Below are positions 19,115 through 29,565 of a stretch of DNA of 51,125 bases, in pieces (positions within the stretch are counted from its first letter, which is position 1; each line of letters begins with the position of its first letter). A model generated the notes under the pieces. That model ran no database searches. It was not told the DNA's origin and saw only the letters and a list, made by a program, of their open reading frames with translations. Where the stretch lies: positions 1 to 51,125 of the forward strand of contig DYLM01000006.1 of NCBI GenBank assembly GCA_020722095.1, read 5' to 3'. The stretch is from Chloroherpeton thalassium (GTDB lineage: Bacteria; Bacteroidota; Ignavibacteria; Kapaibacteriales; UBA2268). Position numbers and translations under genes: made by a program.

Positions 19115-22100
19115 TTATTCCACTATTATCATACTTTTTGTTTGATTAATATGATTTGTCCTTAAAATGTAATAATACATTCCTGTAGGAAGCCCTTCGT
19201 TGACCAATTTAATTGAATAATTGCCAATTTTAAATGGCTTATTAATGAAAATACTTTTTACTAACACCCCACTAATTGAATAAATTTCAAGTGTAGCATT
19301 TGTTTTTTCGGATATAGAGAATTTTATCTCAGTTTCATAATTCCAAGGATTTGGATTGTTCTGTCCTAAACTGGGCATCACTCCAGTATATTGCAATGTA
19401 GATAATCCACATTTTCCATTTGAAATTAAATATGTCGAATCCGATAGCGGAACCAAATCCAAAAACATCACCGAATCTGTTGAAAATTCATCAATTAGTA
19501 ATGAAATTTTACTGAAATTTGTATCAGGAATTGTTGATAGAAAATCAATTTCAAATAATTTGCCTTTTGCTAATTGTTTGGAATTGTCAAACTTAATACT
19601 TATACTTCCCGGTGTGTAAGTGTTGGTAAATTTAGCATCAACAAAATTACGCACATCCAACATTTCCAAAGCAAAAGCATTATAATAAAGATTCATTGAA
19701 AACGACAAATCTTCTAACCATATTGTTTGCCCTTGCAAAGTAGTGTTAATATCCTTATCCAAATAAATCGGTATTGTAATTGTATCTCCTAATTGAGTAA
19801 TGAGCGAGTCGGGTATTGTGAAAGAATTTTTCGTATCAAATCCAATTTCATATCTCGGTGCATATCCAATACCAGTAAGTAAGTTGGAATCAAGAACCTG
19901 ACAAGGACTTGCCGCAATCGTTTGAATAAATTGATTGAAAGTAGCAGATTTTCGTGGACAGAATTTAAGAGTAACTGATAATGTATCGCCAACCATAAGT
20001 GTATCTGTTAGATTTGGCACAGAACTAACATAGAATAATTCATTATTCAAATTAAGCAAAGAAAACAAACTTAATGGCACATCGCCAGTATTATGCAAAA
20101 ATACTGTTCGCTCTACGCAATCAAGTACTTTGACTGAATCAAAATCAGCCGAGGAAACAGCAGTGAGTTCAGGCTTCTGTATTATCACACGAGCAAAATC
20201 GTTTTCAGCAATGATATGGTACATTATTATTTCTTCTGTATCAAAATGTATGCTATCTAAAGTAATTACCAAAGAATCTCTATCATTTATTCTTGGTTTG
20301 AAATATGCAGTAAAAATTGGTCTTAGGGAATCCACATAGCAAGCATTTTTAAGTAAAAATTCACTCCCACCAAATTCGGAATAATTATGCTTCAAAAATG
20401 GTGTATAAGACTTACATTGTGGGATTAAATAATCACTTTCCGAATACAAATACTCTAATTTTGTAGTATCATAGCCAATTCTGCAATCAATATCCACAAT
20501 ATCAGCTGGAATTGCTCTACTTGTATAAATAGGAATGGCAAGTGTATCGCAAGGCACAATGCGGAATGTATCTAATGCACTTGTATTATTGAATGTAAAG
20601 CTCAAACCATAAGCCGGTGCAAAGCCCGAACCCGACAAAATAAGAGTTGTATCAATAAAATTACAAGGGTCAGAAATGGATATTTTCAATTTATTTTCGT
20701 AATATCTTACTGCTCTTGGCTTGAATTCCAATCGTAAAGTGAGAATATTATTGGTATCAACAAAGAGTGGTAAGTTGCCACCCAATGAATCATAAGCATA
20801 AAAAACTCTTTCATTCGGTTCAAAAGTGATGTCAGTAATTGTCACTTTTGCTTGTTGAGGATTGAACTCAAGTGCTGGAATACGGAGATGAATAAATTGA
20901 GGTGTTGAAACAGTATCCACCCGTGTTGGCGGAAATATAATTCTCTTTGCGTCATATTCATAAACCAATGTTTGTTTGCCTGCTAAATAAGAAGTGTAAG
21001 TATTTTCCCAGCCGCTTCCTTTTGCTTGAAGAAATAATCTGGCATCATTATCAATTATCGTAGCATCCATTTCATTTCTTGGGCAGAACTTTATATACAA
21101 AGTATCTGTGCTTCTTGGGGGAATTTTATAAGGCACAATACCATCTGGTGAGTAATGAGAATACCAAGAATAAAATTCAGGTTTGGGATTTGTAACATTG
21201 ATTGAATCAATCCAAACGCTATCAATATCCATATCAAAATAAAATGAATTATTGATTAGTGGAATTGACCGAACTTGGCAATCGCAAGGACGAACAAATC
21301 CGTAAGTAATAACTTTTAAAGGCACATCAAGAGGAACGATAATGCCATTTCCTGTCAAATATGATGATACACTGATTGGGCAAGGTGCTAATGAATTTAC
21401 AGTAAAATATCCCTTATACTCTTTGCTTTCAGTTGGTTTGAATGCAATTATTACTTGAATTGTGTCCTTTGGTTTTAACTTTATATTATTAAAATCAGTT
21501 GGATAAATTAATTCAAAGCCAGGAGAAATTGTATAATTATTTATTATAATGTCGTAATTAGAAATATTTTCTAAATGCAAAGTATCATAGAGAACGCCTC
21601 CAACTTCAATTGTTTCATAAGCAATTTCTGATGTTAAATATAATTTAGGAGTAATTGATGTTCCATAAATCTTTGCTGACCATAACTCGCCATCTTCTGT
21701 TTGAAACTCTAAATATGCCCTATCGGCACGGTCAGTTGTATTATCTGCGGGAGTGTATCTAAAACTAAATTGGGCTCGATGATTTGGTTCTAATGTGATT
21801 GAATTTGGCAATGAAGAAGGAGAAATAAGAGTAAATTTATTATTTGCTTGATTTAAAATAAAATTTGAATAAGTCTGTGGAACTGTAGTAATGTTTTCAA
21901 TTTCTAAACTACCATCTTTTGACTGACAACTAATAACATCATTTATTTCAAGAACTTCAGGCATAAATTGCACTCTTTGCACAATTGCTTTGCCTTTAAC
22001 ATAAATGCAATATGATTGCAGACAAGAATTTTCGTACAAACACACTTCGTCAAAAAATGTACCTGATGTAGTTGGCCGGAAAGTTAGCGGGAATGGCTTG

Positions 22101-24130
22101 GTTGCATTGCTTGCAATGGATAAATTCTTTGTTCCCGTCAAGTAAAATGGTTCACCTTTTCTTAAGTATAATGATGCAGTAAGTGATTGGTCGCTTGCAT
22201 TCTTAATATCTACATTCAAAGTTGCCTCTTGCCCAACAATCACAGTACCAAAATCAACTGTATCTACCACAAATTTTATGTCTGCCTCGTAAGAACGTGC
22301 TTTAATATAAATTGGATAATGAATAGTACAATTTTCGGATTTGGCAATAATTACAATGGAATCGTTGAACACACCTTTTTGCTTTGGGAAAAAACGGAAA
22401 TAACTTGGATTATAGCCTGTTTCGGGTTCTAAAATTATCGGAAATTTGAATGATTTTCCAAAGAAATTTGGCGGGATTGTAATGCTCTCAATTGTAATAT
22501 TCTTGTTAGACTTGTTCATCCATTCATACTCAACTGATTCATCGGGCATATCCACACAAGACTGACCAAAATTGAATGAATCCAATCTTTCTTCGCTTCC
22601 TCTTTTCCAAATTACGAGAACTTCATTTACTTTACCATAAATTGGAATTTTCACATCTCCAGCACATTTATCAGTTGATAAAATACGAAGAGTATCATAA
22701 TATGCCATTGTTGTATCACGTGAGTAAAATCTTATTTTTACATCTAAACATTCATTTGGCATTAGCACTTTTGGCAAAGTTGGATAAGTCAATTGAAATA
22801 CTTCGGGCATTTTTAGATTAATACTATTAACAGTGATAGAATTTTTTGAAGTATTGCAAATCTTTAAAGTAGAATCAATGAAAGGTTTTTCTATACATCT
22901 TGCTTTAAGTGAGTCAAACTTCATTTGTAGCGATGACATACTTAATTCTGACTTCCGAGTGATAGAAACTGGCACATTTAAGTGATAATAACCACAACTA
23001 TTATTATTTCTAAATAATAACCTCGTTTTTATTGTTCCAATAAAATCAAGTTTTGCTTTCACTCTAATGGTAACGGGTTGTCCTGGTTGTAAAGGTGTAT
23101 ATCTCCAAGACAATAGTGTTTCTTCCTTTGTCCCATTTAAAAAATAAAATATTGAATTTTTTGCTAAATATCCATCATAATCTAACATCGCAGTTGATGT
23201 TGGACAAAGAGCAGTATCAACAACAGTAAATTCGTATATTTTTTCGGTATCGCAATAAACAGTATCGGTAATAGCAGTGGGCATAACCACAACTTTTCCA
23301 TAATCTTTGCGGTCGGAAGTTACAGTTGATAAGCCAGCCCGCAAAAAACCACTATTATTGTTTGGAGTTGCATCACATAATTTATATATATAACTTGAAT
23401 CATTGCAGCGATAATAAGCATATAAATCCTTTTCTGTTCCTGCCAAAGCCCTATCCTTGTAGCAAATTAAATCATTTTGATTTAAAACTTTGCCCCAAAT
23501 GCGGATTTCATCCATATAACCTTTGTAAGTTCGATTAAGATTTGGGTCGTTGGACAAGGCATTTGTGCTTCCTAATTGCAGTGACAAATCAGGATTATTA
23601 ATTTGCTTGAATGCGTAGTAAGGATATCTGGAATTTCGTGCTGAATCGACAGGATAGGAATTTACATAAATATAAATCCATCCTGTCGAACCATCAGCAA
23701 CAAATGCAAAATGATTCCAATTATCATAATAATTACTAAATGGAATTGATAAACGAGTGTCATCAAGGTTCCCAAGAGTTTCATTTTGACCATTGATATG
23801 GAAAATAAGCGAGTCGTCTGGCGAGATATACACAACCCATGAGTCGTATTTTTCGGTTGCAGGTCCCCACATTCCACCAATATATTGCAGTTTCCCTGAC
23901 TGTCTCTCTGGCTTTAACCACATTTCCAATGTCATATTTTGATTGACTTTTTGACTTAAATTTGTGTTTAAAATATCAATATACTGCGCACCTCTACCTT
24001 GAGTAAGGGTAAATTTAAGCGTTTTGCCAACGCAAGTTCTAACGGTATCGCAAGGTTGATAAGCCTTGGTGGAATTGTAAAACGCAATCATTAAAATTGC
24101 TAATATCAATAGTCTTCTAATTAAAATCAT
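19115..24130 (-). CDS. Large T9SS-secreted protein: LamG-like domain, tandem ASH/choice-of-anchor-D-like Ig domains, cohesin-like domains, T9SS CTD
   Basis: Signal peptide; TLEMWLKP..WNHFAFV..YKGYMDEIRIW (LamG); repeated DFG....N....L.P....V.F.P; IPIY...GYDTTKLEY; LGQNNPNPWN.ET.I.F.I...EIYSISG..V...GMYYY.L....KSMIIVE. Confidence 0.85.
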   Translation of the reverse strand: MILIRRLLILAILMIAFYNSTKAYQPCDTVRTCVGKTLKFTLTQGRGAQYIDILNTNLSQKVNQNMTLEMWLKPERQSGKLQYIGGMWGPATEKYDSWVVYISPDDSLIFHINGQNETLGNLDDTRLSIPFSNYYDNWNHFAFVADGSTGWIYIYVNSYPVDSARNSRYPYYAFKQINNPDLSLQLGSTNALSNDPNLNRTYKGYMDEIRIWGKVLNQNDLICYKDRALAGTEKDLYAYYRCNDSSYIYKLCDATPNNNSGFLRAGLSTVTSDRKDYGKVVVMPTAITDTVYCDTEKIYEFTVVDTALCPTSTAMLDYDGYLAKNSIFYFLNGTKEETLLSWRYTPLQPGQPVTIRVKAKLDFIGTIKTRLLFRNNNSCGYYHLNVPVSITRKSELSMSSLQMKFDSLKARCIEKPFIDSTLKICNTSKNSITVNSINLKMPEVFQLTYPTLPKVLMPNECLDVKIRFYSRDTTMAYYDTLRILSTDKCAGDVKIPIYGKVNEVLVIWKRGSEERLDSFNFGQSCVDMPDESVEYEWMNKSNKNITIESITIPPNFFGKSFKFPIILEPETGYNPSYFRFFPKQKGVFNDSIVIIAKSENCTIHYPIYIKARSYEADIKFVVDTVDFGTVIVGQEATLNVDIKNASDQSLTASLYLRKGEPFYLTGTKNLSIASNATKPFPLTFRPTTSGTFFDEVCLYENSCLQSYCIYVKGKAIVQRVQFMPEVLEINDVISCQSKDGSLEIENITTVPQTYSNFILNQANNKFTLISPSSLPNSITLEPNHRAQFSFRYTPADNTTDRADRAYLEFQTEDGELWSAKIYGTSITPKLYLTSEIAYETIEVGGVLYDTLHLENISNYDIIINNYTISPGFELIYPTDFNNIKLKPKDTIQVIIAFKPTESKEYKGYFTVNSLAPCPISVSSYLTGNGIIVPLDVPLKVITYGFVRPCDCQVRSIPLINNSFYFDMDIDSVWIDSINVTNPKPEFYSWYSHYSPDGIVPYKIPPRSTDTLYIKFCPRNEMDATIIDNDARLFLQAKGSGWENTYTSYLAGKQTLVYEYDAKRIIFPPTRVDTVSTPQFIHLRIPALEFNPQQAKVTITDITFEPNERVFYAYDSLGGNLPLFVDTNNILTLRLEFKPRAVRYYENKLKISISDPCNFIDTTLILSGSGFAPAYGLSFTFNNTSALDTFRIVPCDTLAIPIYTSRAIPADIVDIDCRIGYDTTKLEYLYSESDYLIPQCKSYTPFLKHNYSEFGGSEFLLKNACYVDSLRPIFTAYFKPRINDRDSLVITLDSIHFDTEEIIMYHIIAENDFARVIIQKPELTAVSSADFDSVKVLDCVERTVFLHNTGDVPLSLFSLLNLNNELFYVSSVPNLTDTLMVGDTLSVTLKFCPRKSATFNQFIQTIAASPCQVLDSNLLTGIGYAPRYEIGFDTKNSFTIPDSLITQLGDTITIPIYLDKDINTTLQGQTIWLEDLSFSMNLYYNAFALEMLDVRNFVDAKFTNTYTPGSISIKFDNSKQLAKGKLFEIDFLSTIPDTNFSKISLLIDEFSTDSVMFLDLVPLSDSTYLISNGKCGLSTLQYTGVMPSLGQNNPNPWNYETEIKFSISEKTNATLEIYSISGVLVKSIFINKPFKIGNYSIKLVNEGLPTGMYYYILRTNHINQTKSMIIVE

Positions 24131-24151
24131 TTTTATTTGTTAAATTAAAGT

Positions 24152-25732
24152 TTATTTAAAAACTGTAAATTTTTCTGTAAATCTATTATTATCAGCAATA
24201 ACCGAAACAATATAAGTCCCATTTGAATTAACATTAAATGGAATTTTATAATAACCTTCGAATAAATAACTTCTTTGAATTACTTGATTTACTTTGCCAT
24301 TTAAATTAAAGATAGTAATATCAACAAAAGCAGGTTTTTTCAATTCAAATCTGATTTTTCCAACTCCGCTATTTGGATTAGGACTTACGAGTATTTTACC
24401 ATTCGCTATTTGTGCATTTTGATTAAATATTGAATTTACTCTTCTTTCCAATACATTTAATGGAAGGAAAGATTCGCCAAATACTTTTATAACATCTTCG
24501 GGTGTTGCTCCTAATCGTTTCTCCAGAATTTCAGTGAATATTACGCGATAATCTGTCTGGAATTTTACATTTCCATATTGGTCTAAATCATTCAAATTTG
24601 GTCGGTTATTCCAATATCCACCATTCACAAATTTATCGTGTCCCCAGATAAATTGCATAGAGGCGGCTCCGTGATCTGTGCCACGACTACCATTATCATA
24701 AGCACGGCGTCCAAATTCCGAAATTGTCATTCCTGTTATCCTTTCGGAATATCCATTTTCGAGAGCATCTTGCATAAATTCCGAAATTGCTTTTGCAGTT
24801 TCATTTAAGAGTACAAAATGCTGACCCGTAAATGCAGTATTCATCTGCTGTGCGTGAAAGTCAAAATTACTCAATTTTACAAAAAATACTTTTGTCTTCA
24901 AGCCACCAGCAATCAATGCTGAAATCATTTTAAATTTTTTGGATAAGTTGCTATCAGAATACAAATCGCCATTTATTATTGTCATTCCTTTATCATAAGC
25001 AGCTTTTACTGCTTGGGAATATAAATCAGATTGACGGGCGATTGTATGAACAAAATTATATTCATTATCGTAATAATTTTTCCCTGTCAGCAAGTCTTCT
25101 TTAGGTGTTAATCCCGCCCCAAGTTTGTAAAACTCATCGGGATCGGTTAAAGCAACGCCCATATCACCTTTTTCGCTCTTGAACATAAGCGAAATTGCTC
25201 CATCAATTGAAATTGATATTGGATGTTCGGGGATTTCCATTGGATAATTTGGTAATTTATGTGCAAAATATCTGCCCAGCCAACCTTCAAGCAATTTCTT
25301 ATTATTGTTTGATTTAGGATTGATGCCCGAAAGCCAAATATCTTCCGAACGGAAGTGGGATAAATTTGGCTGGTCGTACCCAATTCCTTCCACTATCGCC
25401 AATCGTCCATCTTCGAACATTCTCTTCATTCCACCATTGCTTACATCTTCCACTAACGCTTTGTTCATATATATGTCATTAACCTTAACAGCTTCTTCCA
25501 CAGGAATTCCAATATTTGGTCGGATTTTGTAATATTCGCTATCTTCGGCAGGAATAATTGTGTTCAATCCATCATTTCCACCAAAAAGTTCAAGAATAAT
25601 CACAACATTATCATTTTCAAGAAAATCATCTTGAACAATTTGCGGTTCGTCAAATCCTTTCAACAATTTAGGTGTTAATGTTATTCCAGCACCAACTGCT
25701 GCTGTTGTTTGAATAAATCTTCTCCTATTCAT
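24152..25732 (-). CDS. DUF1501 family protein with Tat signal and T9SS CTD
   Basis: MNRRRFIQ; LFGGNDGLNTIIP, PNLSHFRS..IW, FDFHAQQ, SEFGRR..DNGSRGTDHG; C-terminal SPNPN...IFNLNGK...GTYIV...EKFTVFK. Confidence 0.9.
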   Translation of the reverse strand: MNRRRFIQTTAAVGAGITLTPKLLKGFDEPQIVQDDFLENDNVVIILELFGGNDGLNTIIPAEDSEYYKIRPNIGIPVEEAVKVNDIYMNKALVEDVSNGGMKRMFEDGRLAIVEGIGYDQPNLSHFRSEDIWLSGINPKSNNNKKLLEGWLGRYFAHKLPNYPMEIPEHPISISIDGAISLMFKSEKGDMGVALTDPDEFYKLGAGLTPKEDLLTGKNYYDNEYNFVHTIARQSDLYSQAVKAAYDKGMTIINGDLYSDSNLSKKFKMISALIAGGLKTKVFFVKLSNFDFHAQQMNTAFTGQHFVLLNETAKAISEFMQDALENGYSERITGMTISEFGRRAYDNGSRGTDHGAASMQFIWGHDKFVNGGYWNNRPNLNDLDQYGNVKFQTDYRVIFTEILEKRLGATPEDVIKVFGESFLPLNVLERRVNSIFNQNAQIANGKILVSPNPNSGVGKIRFELKKPAFVDITIFNLNGKVNQVIQRSYLFEGYYKIPFNVNSNGTYIVSVIADNNRFTEKFTVFK

Positions 25733-25747
25733 AATATTTCTCCTTTA

Positions 25748-27343
25748 TTAACATAATTGAAAATCTGGTGTTGCAAACATTCTTTTAACAAAATTTCGTA
25801 GTCCTTGTGCAACTTTTATATCGTTTGATTCGATGGCAGTTGCCCAATCAGCAGTAGAAATGCCATTGGCAAGTATTGTTTTGTATTCACTTTGCCTTTC
25901 TGTTGATATTTCAACGGGTAAAAAATATGAAATAAGATTGTCAAAAAGATTTTCAAAATTTGAATAATCCTCAAATTTCTTTGCAAAATCTATTAGTTCA
26001 TTATCAGTAAGAATTTCCAAATATTCATTTGCATATTGCACACGTAGCGGATAAGTATTTGTATTAATCCAAGTTCGGTATGCCTTCCAACTTCCAACAT
26101 TAGGCGGATCGTATAAAACTTGCTCTAATGTATTCATCATCTTACGAGTTTTGCCAGATTGCACTTTGTCTAAATCTTTTCCGAACATCTTTTGCAAACC
26201 GATTAGAAATTCAGGTGGAGTTTTGATTTGACATCCATAAAGTTCTTCGCTGAAAAAGAAATTACTCGTAAATAACTTTTTGTATAATTTCCCTAATTCA
26301 AAATTATTATCATAAAAGTATTGAGCAAGTTGATTTATAACATTAATATCTGAACCTGTCGGATTGCTATAGCAGAAATATCGCAAAATTTTATCGCTGA
26401 TAAAACGGGCAATAGACATTCCACGCTCTGTAAATAAAATATCCATCAATCCATCAACTTCTTTTGCTTTAACCAAGTCTTGGGTGTTCTCGTCATCAGT
26501 AATTGGGTCAATCTGACCAAATTGGAATAATTTTTTGCTACCCTTATCGTGCAAATCTCTAACGAAAAAAGTTTCGAATGGCTTGTTTGCGGGGGCTCCG
26601 GGTTGTCCCAAGTATGCAACTGTTCTCCAACCTGTCAATGCTTTGGAGCCTTCACGAATATCTGCTTCTGTGTAGTTACCCGCACCTGTATCAAGGTCGC
26701 CAATGCCCATTGTGAATAATTCCATAAGTTCACGCATATAATTTTCATTTGGAGCAGAACCGCCACTATAAAATAAACTTTGATAAAGCAACATTGCCCC
26801 ATCTAAAGTTATTGCAGAAGCAATGTCTTTGTATGATGAAAATCGTAATTTCCGTAATGTTGCATTATTTCTGTACAAAAGTGGTGCAGGAATTAAAGCT
26901 TCGGTATCGTAAGTAAATTCAATAGACCAAATTGTTGATAAAAACAATGTAAATTTTTCAACTTCGGGGAAGGTTGAGTTTTTCATTTGTGCTAACCACC
27001 AGTCCAATAATTCATTGTAATGTGCTTTTTGAATACCTTCTATCTGAAATCTTATATCAAGTGGCAAATCATCAAGTGGATTTTCCTCTAATTTATTTAG
27101 CCAATTGTTCATTGAATTTGTTGGTTGTGGTGCTGGATTAGTACCATCACCAAAAACAATATCAAAAGCTTCGGCAGGAGTTTTGCCGATTATTTGATTA
27201 ATTTGTTCGGGTGTTGGGTGGAAAGTAAGCCTTCGCAAAAAGTGTTGAGCTTGCTTTTTATTCATCTTTCCAGTAAACTCGCTCAAATCTCCAGCAAGAA
27301 TGGAAGGATAATTATTGTTTTTTAGTAAGTTAAGAAGTTTCAT
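25748..27343 (-). CDS. DUF1800 family protein
   Basis: AQHFLRRLTF, AMLLY, PNENYMRELMELFTMG, YTEADIRE..KALTGW, IKTPPE, PPNVGSW, PDFQL. Confidence 0.92.
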   Translation of the reverse strand: MKLLNLLKNNNYPSILAGDLSEFTGKMNKKQAQHFLRRLTFHPTPEQINQIIGKTPAEAFDIVFGDGTNPAPQPTNSMNNWLNKLEENPLDDLPLDIRFQIEGIQKAHYNELLDWWLAQMKNSTFPEVEKFTLFLSTIWSIEFTYDTEALIPAPLLYRNNATLRKLRFSSYKDIASAITLDGAMLLYQSLFYSGGSAPNENYMRELMELFTMGIGDLDTGAGNYTEADIREGSKALTGWRTVAYLGQPGAPANKPFETFFVRDLHDKGSKKLFQFGQIDPITDDENTQDLVKAKEVDGLMDILFTERGMSIARFISDKILRYFCYSNPTGSDINVINQLAQYFYDNNFELGKLYKKLFTSNFFFSEELYGCQIKTPPEFLIGLQKMFGKDLDKVQSGKTRKMMNTLEQVLYDPPNVGSWKAYRTWINTNTYPLRVQYANEYLEILTDNELIDFAKKFEDYSNFENLFDNLISYFLPVEISTERQSEYKTILANGISTADWATAIESNDIKVAQGLRNFVKRMFATPDFQLC

Positions 27344-27355
27344 ATTACCTCTTTT

Positions 27356-29380
27356 TTATTTATTTATTGGTGTTTTAACTTCGATTAATACCGTACGGCT
27401 GTAAAAGCGTCCTTCGGGAGTGGAATTGTCGTATTTCAATTTGGTATCGCCAATTCCTTCCACTTGTGTGAATTTTGCATCCATATTTAATGATTGCAAG
27501 TATTTCTTTGTGGCCTCGGCTCTTTGTTGTGATAATTGCATATTATATTCAGGAGTTCCCAGAATATCAGTCGAACCGATAATTCTAATTTCTGAATTTT
27601 CTTGAATTGAATTTGCTACAAAATTTTTTAGAATTTTTTCATTGTTTTGGTTAATTTTAAATTTGTCAAAATCAAAAACAATTAAATTTAATCTTTGTAA
27701 TTCGTGTGTATTCTTCTGTTTATTTATCGGAATTGTTATTATTGTGTTCTGCGACTTCTCATAAGCAAGAAAATCAACCGAAAATTCAATATCTTGTCCG
27801 TTAGAAATTCGTTTGTTTATACTTTTAATTAAGTTAGAATCAATATTGATAATTTCTTTAGATTTATCACTTTTAAATTGATTTTTTTTAGAAACATTAA
27901 TTTGGTTCAAAGATTCATTTTGAATTGTTATAGAATCCAAATCTTTAGATGAAAATTTCATTTCCAAGGATTTAGAGAGAATTTCAAATTCTTTAAATTT
28001 GGTAAGTACAACGGGTTGGAAAATTTCAATATTATCGCTTTCAATTTCTACTCTGCGGTTTTCTTCTGAACCTTCATCATATTCGCTACTTGTCTTCAGC
28101 ATTGGCTCATCGCGCGCAATAACCTTGATTTGTTTTTTGTCAATTTTCCAATTTTTTATTAAATAATTAGCAATAGTATTTGCCCTTGCCCCAGCAAGTT
28201 TTAATCTTTCCTCATCATTTTCGATTTCCTCTCCATCAGTATATCCAATTACTCTAATTATAAAATTTTTATTCTTCGAAAGACGCGAGCCAATAATATT
28301 CAATACATTATGGTAAATTTCTATTGAATTATGCGATAGTTTTGTTTCGTCAAAATTTGTTTGTGAATTTTTAGAATAATCATATTTTAACACAGATGAT
28401 TCTTTGTCAAAAAATATGTAAGGTAAAATTGGATATGCTTCGGTTATTGTGGTTTCAAGTATTTCCAAAGGTGAAGACACAACAGATAATTTTGCGATCT
28501 TGGGTTCTTCCACTTTAGCAATTACCACTGGAACAATCGTAGTATCGGGAGGCGGAGGTGGTGGAATCACTTTTTCCTTTTTCTTTGCAAATAAATCATT
28601 AAAAGCATAAGTAATTGTTGCATTCACTCCAAATTGCGTAGTTTTCCAGTCATTATCGCTTGTTCGGGAGTTTAATGGATGTTGGTAATAAGCCTCACCC
28701 GCGATTTCAATCCGCTTATTTAACTTATGGCTGTATAATATTCCAGCTATGGCAGACATCGAAGTGCCAAGAGAGTTCATTTCACCATTCCAAATTGTAT
28801 GTTTTTGTGTTTCATCGGGGAAAACGTAATTTAGTGGCGAGGCAATTTCTTCTGTCACTTGATATTGTGGCAAACTCAAAGGATTTGAAAAATCCATTCC
28901 TAATCTTACTTTTACAGGAATTTTTGCCAACGGTTGCACAAGCAAAGCAGGCTGAAGCGAGAAATATGCAATATCGGAATGAAAATTATACTTCAATAGA
29001 ATATTCTGATATGAATTAATCTGAGGATTGAATACACGAAAATCATTTTTTTCGGTAGTGAAATCTGCCGAAAATGAAGAATACAAAATGCGAGTGTCCA
29101 TAGTTATAAGATGCGTGTAAATTGGATATTGAAATACCAAACCATAGCTTTGTCCAAAACTTGTACCATCTTGGAAAGTGCCACAATCAGGCAAATCCCA
29201 AATTATTGGCAATTTTGTTTTGTGCAAATTGTAATTTGAATTTAATACAATTCCTAATCTATATTTATAATTACTGGTTGTATCACTTTTCAATTTGGGT
29301 GCAAATGCAAAAAGTGAGGACAATACAATAAGATAGGACAATACAGTAAGATAGGACAATATTTTTTGAAAATTAATCAT
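27356..29380 (-). CDS. OmpA-family protein: N-terminal beta-barrel, Pro-rich hinge, two OmpA-like domains (start uncertain, 29380 or 29404)
   Basis: PPPPPP linker; FFDKESS..GYTD..LAGARA..NRRVEI and FDFDK..GSTD..G..EYN.QLSQQRA..TPEGR..RTV. Confidence 0.85.
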   Translation of the reverse strand: MINFQKILSYLTVLSYLIVLSSLFAFAPKLKSDTTSNYKYRLGIVLNSNYNLHKTKLPIIWDLPDCGTFQDGTSFGQSYGLVFQYPIYTHLITMDTRILYSSFSADFTTEKNDFRVFNPQINSYQNILLKYNFHSDIAYFSLQPALLVQPLAKIPVKVRLGMDFSNPLSLPQYQVTEEIASPLNYVFPDETQKHTIWNGEMNSLGTSMSAIAGILYSHKLNKRIEIAGEAYYQHPLNSRTSDNDWKTTQFGVNATITYAFNDLFAKKKEKVIPPPPPPDTTIVPVVIAKVEEPKIAKLSVVSSPLEILETTITEAYPILPYIFFDKESSVLKYDYSKNSQTNFDETKLSHNSIEIYHNVLNIIGSRLSKNKNFIIRVIGYTDGEEIENDEERLKLAGARANTIANYLIKNWKIDKKQIKVIARDEPMLKTSSEYDEGSEENRRVEIESDNIEIFQPVVLTKFKEFEILSKSLEMKFSSKDLDSITIQNESLNQINVSKKNQFKSDKSKEIINIDSNLIKSINKRISNGQDIEFSVDFLAYEKSQNTIITIPINKQKNTHELQRLNLIVFDFDKFKINQNNEKILKNFVANSIQENSEIRIIGSTDILGTPEYNMQLSQQRAEATKKYLQSLNMDAKFTQVEGIGDTKLKYDNSTPEGRFYSRTVLIEVKTPINK
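29317..29361. repeat. 18-bp tandem repeat (2.5 copies) in the OmpA signal-peptide region
   Basis: aggacaatacaataagat / aggacaatacagtaagat / aggacaata, encoding ILSYLT-VLSYLI-VLS. Confidence 0.8.
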
Positions 29381-29565
29381 CAATTCTAATTTATAATCAA
29401 ACAATAATTAGAATGATTATTCTAATAAATAGTTTAAACAAAAATACAAATAATAATTGGAAAAATGAATTTAATTCACAAAATTTATTAACCAAAAAAT
29501 TAATAATAATTAAAATTCAGTAAGAAAATTGATAAAAGTAAGGATTTTTTATAAAAAAACGATTT

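Noticed and set aside
19115-24130. Cellulosome scaffoldin
   Set aside because: Cohesin-like segments are few and only loosely recognisable, and there are no dockerin or CAZyme genes in the window.
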